NCBI GenBank assembly: GCA_001275005.1
Contig: JWZX01002637.1
Span: forward strand, 1-52,787
Direction: 5' to 3'
DNA from: Chrysochromulina tobinii
Taxonomy: Eukaryota
DNA: 52,787 nt
Shown here: one piece after another, positions 41,842-50,742 of the stretch
How positions within the stretch are numbered: the first letter of the stretch is position 1
Layout: every line of letters starts with the position of its first letter
Position numbers and translations under genes: made by a program
The notes under the pieces: generated by a model
What the model was told of the DNA's origin: nothing
Databases searched by the model: none
The model's input: only the letters and a program-made list of their open reading frames with translations

Positions 41842-42326
41842 ATTGCGTTGCAGAGAGGGTCAGAGAGGGCGTCACAGGAGAGATAGCAGATACCATAGTG
41901 CAGTACACGAAGCCTAAAATAAGAAGCTAAAACTCAACATCAACAAACGAAATCGGAGGCATGGCCATGGGCATGGCTGAATGTGAATCGAGTGACTACG
42001 AAACGTATGAAATATAACTCAGGGAGACGCGCACGGCGCGGGTACGTTTTATTGAAGATTCCGGTCGAGAACAACCGCTGCTGAGCCGCCCCGCCTCGCC
42101 TGAGCCATGATCGACCCCGGGCCTGGCGGCGGGCGGCCGCGAGCGTGCGACAGCCGACACGCGAGCCGCGGACGCCACGCTCCTCCGCGCACCCACGACC
42201 GTTCGAACTTCGAAATGCTAGACATGCGCGAACAATGTATAGAGCGAGACAACATGGCATGCGTTGTCTGCGCACCGCGTCGGTGCAGCAGCGGCTGATC
42301 ACGGAACCGGAGGTAAGAAGTACGGA

Positions 42327-43508
42327 TTACCTTCCGTTACCGTACTGCTGGTTGCCCATCGGCTGTTGCATGCCCGGCTGTTGCATGCCCGGCTGTTGCA
42401 TGCCCATCGGTGGCTGCATCCCGCCCATGGGCCCGGCGCCGCCCATGGGCATGCCCATCGGTGGCTGCATCCCGCCCATGGGCCCGGCGCCGCCCATGGG
42501 CATGCCCATCGGTGGCGGCATGCCGCCCATTGCGGGTGCGCCGCCCCACGTTTCCTGGGCCACGTTGCTGAATCGTGGCGCCGTGGCAGAGGACGAAGTC
42601 GCGCCGTATTGTGACGCCGGGTACCCGTTCCGAGTGGACACGACGCCCGCGCCCATGTACGGCGACGATTGGCCGTATGGGTTGGGTGAGCCGAATCGCC
42701 CATAGCGCATCGCTCGGCGTGCGGCCGCATCGCGTACGGGTTCCATGCGCCCTCCGGTGCCGAGGTACACCAGGTCACGCACGGGAGTGAGGACCGCGCC
42801 ATCGCCGGCGACGGCGTTGTTGTAGCTGAGAGCGCCGAGGACGGACTCACGTACGCTGCCTGGGCTCCCAAACTGAGGCCTCGTGTCACCGTACCCACCA
42901 AAGGCTGCGCCTCCCTGCATGCGCGACATGACAGACTCGCGGACGCCCATTCGGGGCATGCCGCCCATCGGAATGCCGCCCATCGGCCCAGCGCCCATGA
43001 GCCCGGCGCCGCCCATCGACATGCCGCCCATGGGCCCGGCACCAGGGCCACCCATCTGGCCTGGCATACCGCCGCCCATGCCGCCGGGCATCGGCATGCC
43101 GCCCATGGGCCCGGCACCAGGGCCACCCTGCATGCCAGGTCCGCCCATGCCACCCTGCGGCGGCATGCCCATCCCACCCTGCGGCGGCATGCCCATCCCA
43201 CCCTGCGGCGGCATGCCCATGCCACCCTGCGGCGGCATGCCCATGCCACCCTGCGGCGGCATGCCCATGCCACCCTGCGGCGGCATGCCCATGCCGCCCT
43301 GCGGCGGGTTGCCCTGCGGCGGTGACGGCGAACCACCACGCCCGCGCGATGAGACGAAGCCGCCAGGACTGCCCATGGCCCCCTGCATCTTCACGAAGCT
43401 TCGTGGCGTGTGCATGATCTTCATGCACATCGCCGACTTCGTTGCAGTACTGAGAGAATCGACTGGTGTAAACAGTGTGACCGCGAGGGCCACCGCGCCG
43501 AACGCCAT
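42327..43508 (-). CDS. Signal-peptide-bearing Gly/Met/Pro/Gln-rich low-complexity protein
   Basis: Hydrophobic N-terminus MAFGAVALAVTLFTPVDS, 24-bp repeats encoding PPQGGMGM (~43145-43320), duplicated 'PPMGMPMGGAGPMGGMQ', and MQQPG repeats. Confidence 0.65.
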   Translation of the reverse strand: MAFGAVALAVTLFTPVDSLSTATKSAMCMKIMHTPRSFVKMQGAMGSPGGFVSSRGRGGSPSPPQGNPPQGGMGMPPQGGMGMPPQGGMGMPPQGGMGMPPQGGMGMPPQGGMGMPPQGGMGGPGMQGGPGAGPMGGMPMPGGMGGGMPGQMGGPGAGPMGGMSMGGAGLMGAGPMGGIPMGGMPRMGVRESVMSRMQGGAAFGGYGDTRPQFGSPGSVRESVLGALSYNNAVAGDGAVLTPVRDLVYLGTGGRMEPVRDAAARRAMRYGRFGSPNPYGQSSPYMGAGVVSTRNGYPASQYGATSSSATAPRFSNVAQETWGGAPAMGGMPPPMGMPMGGAGPMGGMQPPMGMPMGGAGPMGGMQPPMGMQQPGMQQPGMQQPMGNQQYGNGR

Positions 43509-43825
43509 GGATGGAAGCGCGAGATAGTCGTCTTCGAAGGGCCGTCAAGCTTCGGAAATCTGTTTCGACTTGAAGTCCCGACACTGATATGAATCTCAGA
43601 CAGCGGGGTGTGTCAAAATGGAAAGGACGCCATTCCCTTTGGTGCGATGTGCAATATTTAAGACGCAACTACATGTACTGTTCGGTACATTCAACGGGGC
43701 GCCCGTTGGGTACGTTGAAGAAAAAAGACGAAAGCCCGAAAAAGGCATCGAGGGGAGCCGGGAGAGGTTCGTCTTAGTTTAACATACGATATGAAGTCCA
43801 AGGGTTTCTATCCAAGGGTTTGTTT

Positions 43826-43869
43826 ATCCGAAACAGGCGTACCGACTTCATCTCGACATGTCTCCCGAC
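43826..43869 (+). repeat. Exact 44-bp copy of an internal segment (44314-44357) of the downstream glycosyltransferase gene
   Basis: ATCCGAAACAGGCGTACCGACTTCATCTCGACATGTCTCCCGAC occurs at both positions. Confidence 0.92.
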
Positions 43870-44036
43870 ACGCTGGTGCCGGGTAGCACGCCGAACAAAA
43901 TTGCATGCATTCCCAAATTCTCTTCACTCTTTGCAACAATCAGTTGCGTCGGAGTACGGAGATCACTATGTCATACTCACTTTGGATCTCTCTTAAGCAA
44001 GCGCAGCGCGCTGGTCCCAAACTGCGACCGCTATAG

Positions 44037-45191
44037 ATGAGCATCGTTGGTTGGAACCAATTGCTACTACTACCCTTTTCACTGCTGCTCTTCGTTCGCG
44101 GATCAATCGCTCCCAAACTCAACGATGGTAGCCATTGGTTTCTTGAAAAGGGGAGCTATGCGTCTGAGCCACCTCGTTTTGAGCCGCGTTCTGGTGACGC
44201 ACTGTGCGATTTACCAAGCGTGCTGCATGTGGTGGCGATCTCAAATAACGCAAAGGTTTCGCTCAGCTTATTCTCTTGCTGGGTTAGCTGGATCGGCGAG
44301 ATGATCAAGAACGATCCGAAACAGGCGTACCGACTTCATCTCGACATGTCTCCCGACTCTGGGCAATCAGTCGGCAGGTTCCACAACAAGGGCAGCGAAA
44401 AGTTTCTTGGGGCGCAGTATCTTGAAGGCTCGATGGCTGGCATTCGGCGCATGCATGAGCTTCTGCACACTCAGGATTCGAACGGATCATACGTTATTCG
44501 CGAGTGCGATGCGGCCATCTTCAGCGACGTCGATGTGCTGCCGCTCCGGCCATACTCGACGTTGCTTGCACTGCCGCCCGTCGACGTACGCTTCTTCATC
44601 GAGCCGGTGAGAACCTGGCATTCAGTGCACGGCATCATTAACTCGGGCTTCTATTTGATGCGCAACAGGCCAGCGACGCGTCGGCTGCTCTCGCGCGTTC
44701 TCTTCTACATCGATACTTACGCTCGTGAGTGGAAAAAACGCAAGAAGCTCTTTGGAATCGGCAACCAGCTGCTCTTCAATCGAGCTCTCTTCTCGTCGGA
44801 CTCTGCAGGGTTGCGCTGGGGTGGTTTTGCCGTGTACCGCAGCGACATCACTGGAACTCTCATGCCCTTCGACGTCAAGTCACGCCCTCCGAGGGGGGCA
44901 CAGATAACCTTCCTTGTTGGGCGCGCTGGCCCCTTGTTCAATTCTTACCTCTATGGGAGGCACGTCTACAATTCTAGCCTCCATGGGTCCATCTTTCCCA
45001 GCCAAGTGAGCATGATCTCGAATGTCACGGTGGCATATCATGCGTGCTGCACGGCGGACAAGTGGGAGCGCCTTAATGTGGCCTCGAAGTGCTTTGGACG
45101 CTGGCAGCACGCTTGCCTGTCGCCCCCAGACACTCAGTCCTGTGGCGCCAATCCACAATCATCCACATCCAGCTTAGGCAAGATTCTATAA
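44037..45191 (+). CDS. GT-A glycosyltransferase, nucleotide-diphospho-sugar transferase (GT77/GT34-like) type II membrane protein
   Basis: N-terminal TM anchor; 'AIFSDVDVL' (DxD); 'INSGFYLMRN'; 'NQLLFNRAL'; 'VAYHACC...K'. Confidence 0.78.
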   Translation: MSIVGWNQLLLLPFSLLLFVRGSIAPKLNDGSHWFLEKGSYASEPPRFEPRSGDALCDLPSVLHVVAISNNAKVSLSLFSCWVSWIGEMIKNDPKQAYRLHLDMSPDSGQSVGRFHNKGSEKFLGAQYLEGSMAGIRRMHELLHTQDSNGSYVIRECDAAIFSDVDVLPLRPYSTLLALPPVDVRFFIEPVRTWHSVHGIINSGFYLMRNRPATRRLLSRVLFYIDTYAREWKKRKKLFGIGNQLLFNRALFSSDSAGLRWGGFAVYRSDITGTLMPFDVKSRPPRGAQITFLVGRAGPLFNSYLYGRHVYNSSLHGSIFPSQVSMISNVTVAYHACCTADKWERLNVASKCFGRWQHACLSPPDTQSCGANPQSSTSSLGKIL

Positions 45192-45240
45192 TACTATGAC
45201 TTATTTCACGGTCCCGCGCTCACCCCTCCGCCCGGCCGGC

Positions 45241-46427
45241 GGGTTAGGGGGGGTGTGTTATCAAGTTTGGGGGGGTTTGTTATCAGGATACGTATCCTGA
45301 TGTATCTTGCTGTATCCTGCATGTATCCTGGAAGGATACACGTATCCTGATGTATCGTGCATGTATCTCAAATGTATCTTACATGTGCTCTGTTACATTC
45401 GAAGAGAATACATGTATCTTGACCTTTCATATCATTTTGACTATGATTTTGACATGTAAGATGTATCCCAAAGGAGTCCAAGATACATTTGGGATACATG
45501 TCAGATACATCAAGATACATGTACATGTATCTTGCGCACTTCCTTGGTGTCACCTTGGATACATATCAGGATACATCAGGATACGTGTATCCTAGACTGT
45601 TCATCACGATACATCAAGATACACCGAGATACAAAATCATGATACATGTGTCTTGGACGGGATACATGCGGGATACAATCTGAAATGCTTACCTCGAATG
45701 TATCCAGAGAGGTACGTAACTGAGAAGTGAGATGCAAGATACATACAAGATACATTCGGGATACATGTATCTGCAGAGGTGATCAAGATGCATACGGGAT
45801 ACATCTGAGATACATAATCAGATACATGTATCTCAAATGCATCCAGAGAGAGACGTATCTGATATGAAGGAGACATGCGGGATACATGCAAAATACATAC
45901 AGGATAAGTAACTCACTGGGGTTAATCGATGCCATCATCGTGTGTGCAGCGCACCTATCAGGCCACCCATTTGCTCCTTGTGTTGTAGTGGGTCTTCTCC
46001 ATCACAACCAGCACCCAGCAGCTCCTCCATCTTCTGCTTTGTCATGGCCACCCCAAAGGCGGAGGCGAGGGCGGTGGCGGCGAGGGCGACGGCGACCGGG
46101 CGACGGCGAAAAGAACCACCTAAGCCAGCCAAGAAGCAGAAGGGAGGCAAGGGAGCTGCTGTGGCTGCTGTGCCACCTAAGGCACCTGCCAAGGCACCTA
46201 AGGCAGCTAAGGAGGCGCCCAAGGCGTTGCCCCAGCGCGCATCCAAGCGCGCCCGCAAGTAGGGCTCGAGATACGTCTCCTTGAATGTATCCCTATCGCC
46301 TATGTATTTTATCTTGACGGGACACATCAAGATACATGCAAGATACATGCACGATACATGCAAGATACATAGGATACGTATCCTGATAACAAACCCACCC
46401 AAATTCGATAACAACCCCCCGTCACCC
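45241..46427. mobile_element. Non-autonomous DNA transposon (MITE/foldback- or MULE-like), 1187 bp, with ~90-bp imperfect TIRs and an 8-10 bp TSD
   Basis: Left end GGGTTAGGGGGGGTGTGTTATCAAGTTTGGGGGGGTTTGTTATCAGGATACGTATCCT matches the reverse complement of the right end, GGGTGACGGGGGGTTGTTATCGAATTTGGGTGGGTTTGTTATCAGGATACGTATCCT. Flanks are CGGCCGGC (45233-45240) and CGGCCAGC (46428-46435). The AT-richer interior is filled with GATAC/GTATC motifs. No transposase ORF. Confidence 0.88.
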
Positions 46428-46937
46428 CGGCCAGCTCTCCGTCCGGCTCCACCGCTCTCGGCGTGGGTCTCGGTCTAACTAACGGTCTAACACAACGAAA
46501 GTACCCCGCGCTCCCGGGGGCTAAAACGTTTCTTTAATTACCCTCACTACACAGTCACAGTCAACGTCGAGGCGCTCCTGCACATCTGCTTCCACATCGC
46601 TGCTGCCGCACTGCTTCCAGCCCGTCGCTGCCATGCCCGCGCCGCTGCCCCGTCCGCCGCTGCCACGCCCGCTGCTGCCCCCCCGCTCCGCTGCCATGCC
46701 CGCTGCTGTGGTGCTGCATGCGACTATCGCTTTACACATGCTCCTCATCAGCCCTGCTTGCTAGCCGCACCTTCCCACAAAAGTCCCCACTTCCCCCCTT
46801 CCCTCCACTATGCAGTGCATGCTCTTAGCGCCACTCTTACGCCGAAGAGGAAATCGGCTCGAGATCGACCGTGGCGTCGAGCATAAGATGGGGGGACTGG
46901 GGGAGAGAAAGAGGGGATAGGCGCCTGGCTGGCCGCG

Positions 46938-46962
46938 TTGACTTGACTTGACTTGACTTGAC
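46938..46962. repeat. (TTGAC)5 pentanucleotide microsatellite
   Basis: Read directly from the sequence. Confidence 0.95.
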
Positions 46963-46977
46963 TACCCCCCAAAATCG

Positions 46978-48627
46978 ATGGGAACAGAGTTGGACTTCCC
47001 ACCGTGCGCGGCATCCACCGGCAACTCGCCATTCGAGGGCGGCGACCTCGAACAGCCGGGAGTTCTCGAGGCAGCCCTTGCAGCGCGTGCTCCCAACCGG
47101 GAGCTAATCTTCCTGTCGGTGGGCGACACGCGCGATCATCGTCGGCAGTACAAGGATCCCGCGCTGCGCACCATTTCGCAGGACTTTCTGCTAAATCTGC
47201 TTGCCAACCTGAAGCAACTGGAGCTGCACAACACGTTTGTGCTCACCACCCAGCCACTGTGCCGGCAGCTGCAGAAGGTGCACTGCCTCTTTGCATGCGG
47301 ATGGACATCGCTCTGGGAGAAGCACCCGGGACTGGTGCCATGGGGCTTGCGACCGGGCGACATGTTCCTCATGTGGGCGCAGCAGTGGCACTACATCGCG
47401 CGTGCGCTGCTCCTTGGCTACAGCGTACTGCGTGCCGATACAGACGTGTACCTCGCCGAAGACCCGTACCTGGTCCTCCATGGACCGCTGCTTGCCCCGT
47501 TCTCTATGGTGGTGCAGCAAGATTTTGGCGGTCCGCTTGGAGGGCGCCCCAGGTGCGAGCGCGTCCTCGTGCCGCTCCACGCGGCCGCCCCATCGCTCAG
47601 CTCGACCGACCCTGCGCCCATAGGCAGCTGCGGCAAGCACCACGGCACAGCGCTGCTCAATATCGGTCTAGTGTACGTGCGCGCGGCGCCTCCTTCAGCC
47701 GGCAGCAATGGTGGTGGCGGCGGCGTTCTCGCCGTGATCAACGGCACGTCGCAGCGCTTCCTCGCGCAGCTCAACACGGCGCGGACCGGCGCGTCTCCTG
47801 CACAGCCTCAGCACGTTGAGTCGCTCATAGATCAACCCCTTATGCGGGAGGTCGTCTCGTCACTCTCCGTGGCCGAGCCAGCAGCACGCAAGTCTGCTCG
47901 CGCGTGGATGGTCGTGCCAGGCAGCGCAGCGCCCGTGTACGCGGCCTCGGCTTGCGCGCTGCGTGACACTCGAGCGTGCCAAGCCGTGGCATCACAGCGT
48001 GCGCGTACGGCATTCCTTGCGCAGCTCGTGCAGCCGCACAGGGGCCGCGGCCGCGCCGAGCGCATCGCGCTCGCGCCGGATTGGCTCTTTGGACGTGGAT
48101 GCCTGCTTCACGTGCGTCAGCCAATGGCGCTGCTGCAGGCCACCTCGACGGCCTATGCGAACACCCAGTGTGAGCTGCCGCCAGTTGGGCCGCGCCGCGC
48201 GATGCCCGCCCCCGGACCCGCAGTCGGTGTCCTCGTGGCCACTCATTTCGTCTACTCCATGGCGCTCAAGCGCAAGCGCTCCTTCAAGGCATTCGGCTGG
48301 GACGCGGCAGACGGGCGCAATCGCACGCGCTATCCGACGGGCATGGCGTGCTGGCGGCGCGCGCGGAAGGGCATCCTGTTTGGCCACACGTTTTTCGCGC
48401 AGACGGACGCGAAGGCGGTGCTGTGCGCGATGCCCAGTGGCGATGAGCCCGAGTGCGCGTGCTGCGCGACGCTCAAGAACCTCGAGCCGGCGGCGACCTC
48501 AGGGCTGCAAGGCGGCACCGATGGGCACAGCATGATGACGACCGGCGGTCATGCGGAGCGCTGGATGGCCTCGCGCGCGACCAAGTTGCAGGAAGGCTGC
48601 CAGGATTACCAGATGTTTTGGGACTGA
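46978..48627 (+). CDS. Nucleotide-diphospho-sugar transferase (GT77-like) glycosyltransferase; 5' end uncertain
   Basis: 'FLLNLLANLKQLELHNTFVL', 'LLLGYSVLRADTDVYLAEDPY' (DxD), 'LLNIGLVYVR' and 'DQPLMREVV'. No N-terminal TM anchor in this ORF. Confidence 0.82.
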   Translation: MGTELDFPPCAASTGNSPFEGGDLEQPGVLEAALAARAPNRELIFLSVGDTRDHRRQYKDPALRTISQDFLLNLLANLKQLELHNTFVLTTQPLCRQLQKVHCLFACGWTSLWEKHPGLVPWGLRPGDMFLMWAQQWHYIARALLLGYSVLRADTDVYLAEDPYLVLHGPLLAPFSMVVQQDFGGPLGGRPRCERVLVPLHAAAPSLSSTDPAPIGSCGKHHGTALLNIGLVYVRAAPPSAGSNGGGGGVLAVINGTSQRFLAQLNTARTGASPAQPQHVESLIDQPLMREVVSSLSVAEPAARKSARAWMVVPGSAAPVYAASACALRDTRACQAVASQRARTAFLAQLVQPHRGRGRAERIALAPDWLFGRGCLLHVRQPMALLQATSTAYANTQCELPPVGPRRAMPAPGPAVGVLVATHFVYSMALKRKRSFKAFGWDAADGRNRTRYPTGMACWRRARKGILFGHTFFAQTDAKAVLCAMPSGDEPECACCATLKNLEPAATSGLQGGTDGHSMMTTGGHAERWMASRATKLQEGCQDYQMFWD

Positions 48628-49073
48628 GACGAACGGTCATTTTTGCTCTCGGAGCTTCTTCCGGCGTACCGTTTCGTTTTCGTCGCGAGCTCGAGCCACC
48701 CGTCTCGTCTCGCGTTACGTCGTGGCGCCGCGCCCCGATCTCGCCCCACCGCGCTATTGCCCGGAGCTCGCTATTCCGCGGCTTTCGGAGCACGGAGGTC
48801 GCCGCGTGCGCGCGTGGCGCGTGGGGAGACCGCCGGATCGGCATCGGGGGTGCGCTCGAGGGGTGCGCGGCAGTGCATTCGCTTGAGGGTTGAGTCGAAT
48901 TGAGAGTGCATTATGTGCGGCCCACCATGCCGAAACAATACGGCATTAAATTACGAACCCACCCCTCGCCTCAAGTCTAAAGCCTCAAGGTCCCACAAAG
49001 AATGGTGTTATTCAATGGCGTCCACGGTGTGCCTCCCCGACCCTGGTTGTATAACACCAACGACATGTGCCGC

Positions 49074-49343
49074 TTACTTCTTCTTCTTGTCGTCCTTCTT
49101 GGCATCCTTCTTGGGGGCCGGCTTCGACACGGGCTTCGCCACGGGCTTGGGCGCAGCCTTGGGCTTGGGCTTGGCCGCCTCCTTCTTCGGGGCCGCCGGG
49201 GCCGCACCGCCGCGGAGCGCGAGGAGCTCGCCGTACTGTGCGGACGGCGAGACAACGACACGGCTCATCTCGATTTTCGACGGCGCCGCAGCCGACACGC
49301 CGGCGATCGCCGCGAACGCAATGGCAGCCTTGAGGAACATCAT
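49074..49343 (-). CDS. Small (89 aa) signal-peptide protein with an LRGG motif and a Lys/Pro/Ala-rich tail
   Basis: MMFLKAAIAFAAIAGVSAAAPSKIEMSRVVVSPSAQYGELLALRGGAAPAAPKKEAAKPKPKAAPKPVAKPVSKPAPKKDAKKDDKKKK. Strongly biased codons (AAG, GCC, CCC) suggest a real, well-expressed gene. Confidence 0.75.
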   Translation of the reverse strand: MMFLKAAIAFAAIAGVSAAAPSKIEMSRVVVSPSAQYGELLALRGGAAPAAPKKEAAKPKPKAAPKPVAKPVSKPAPKKDAKKDDKKKK

Positions 49344-49461
49344 GTTTATGATGAGTCTGAAAAAGTGACGTCGCGGAAAGGTTTCCTTAATTAAGGGGGC
49401 CATCTCAGAGGATTCTCCCATTCTAATGTACATCAAGAGGATTCAGGGGAATCTCCAACGG

Positions 49462-50532
49462 TCATTCCGACGACGTGTGCTTCCTCGCCATTTCTGCCGC
49501 CGTTAGCTGCACGCAACTGCGCTGGGCATCCGACATGTGCGCCCACGACGCGTTGACTCGCCGAAGCACCAAACGGCTCACCTTCGCCATGATCCCAAAC
49601 CTTCGTGAGTCGCGCCGTCGCCACGGCTGCGAGAGCGCCGTCACGTGGACCACGGTCGCGCGTGCCAGGTGTCGGTCGTACTGCGCCTCGGCTTCGTATC
49701 GAGGCAGCGGGCCGAGGTCCGCGCGTAGGTGTGAACGTAGTGCGGCGCCGACGGCCGCGTGAAGCCGGTAGCTAACCTGGCAACAATTGTAATCCCAGTC
49801 GCGTGAGCTGTAGTTGAACCAGCTCGCGCGCCACAACTTCAGGAACTCCGCATTCGGCTCCGCGAGCAGCGTCCCCGGATTCAGCTTCCGGATCTGCTCC
49901 TCTTGCTCGAAGCCGGCAATGACCGCGGCAGGGCGTGCAGGAGGCGAAGCACCCGCACAGCATCGGCGAACCGTGTCGAGGGGCTTCAGCACGTATGAGT
50001 CGTGATCAAGAAAGATGCCGCCGTGCTCCAGAAGCAGGTCATACCGCATCAGCTCGGGCCAATGCCCCATCTTGATGCGACGGCCGCGTCGCAGTGGCAC
50101 TGTGACCACTGGTTGGCGGAATGTGCACGATGCGATGGCGCAGGCACAGCTCCATTGTGGGCTGCTGCGAGGCAGTTTGTCGTAGTAGAGGACGTAGCGC
50201 TCGGGGCTCGCGACGAAACGCGCGGCAAGCATGCCGAGCAAGTGCTCCCACTTGGGCGTGTTGCCATGCAGCCATGGCTGATGAATTTGGTTTGGGATCT
50301 TGGCTGATGCAGCGCAGCTCGAGCATGGATGCCAGAGCGGCGCGGCGCGAGCCTCAAGTTCAGCTGAGAAGAATGGTGGGTCGCCAGGCGGCGCACGCAC
50401 AGGGTTGTCAAATAAGTTTGGAATAGCTGCGAGTCGGGCTTCCATGTGACCCAGGTCGCAGGTGGTGATGAGGATCTGTGCTTCCGCCCTTCCGCGCGGC
50501 GGCGGTTGATGTGGAGCGCTCGCTAAGTTCAT
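49462..50532 (-). CDS. GT32-like (Gly_transf_sug, alpha-1,4-GlcNAc/Gal transferase-like) glycosyltransferase
   Basis: 'KIPNQIHQPW', 'ELMRYDLLLEHGGIFLDHDSYVLKPLD' and 'LNPGTLLAEPNAEFLKLWRASW'. Confidence 0.85.
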   Translation of the reverse strand: MNLASAPHQPPPRGRAEAQILITTCDLGHMEARLAAIPNLFDNPVRAPPGDPPFFSAELEARAAPLWHPCSSCAASAKIPNQIHQPWLHGNTPKWEHLLGMLAARFVASPERYVLYYDKLPRSSPQWSCACAIASCTFRQPVVTVPLRRGRRIKMGHWPELMRYDLLLEHGGIFLDHDSYVLKPLDTVRRCCAGASPPARPAAVIAGFEQEEQIRKLNPGTLLAEPNAEFLKLWRASWFNYSSRDWDYNCCQVSYRLHAAVGAALRSHLRADLGPLPRYEAEAQYDRHLARATVVHVTALSQPWRRRDSRRFGIMAKVSRLVLRRVNASWAHMSDAQRSCVQLTAAEMARKHTSSE

Positions 50533-50742
50533 ACACTTTTTAACACTTTAGCATGCGTTGGTCCTCAAAATTTTTGTCTCGACTCACCGGCCCGTACCTA
50601 TAACGCGTCGGGCGACCATCGTGCGGCTACAGAACTCCCGATCGCGCTGTGGCGAGCGCGAGGGGCGGTTCGTTGACACCGGAGCGACCCCGCACCGCCC
50701 GGCGCACGTTCCACGTACTAAAGTCACCTATAACCAAATAAG

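Noticed and set aside
45241..45249. GGGTTAGGG as an interstitial telomere
   Set aside because: It is only 1.5 units, and the opposite TIR reads GGGTGACGG, so it is part of the TIR.
45285..46385. GATAC-rich repeats as a CRISPR array or satellite
   Set aside because: The motifs are 5-8 bp, irregularly spaced and in both orientations, with no constant repeat-spacer period and no cas genes. They are enclosed by TIRs and a TSD, so a transposon explains them.
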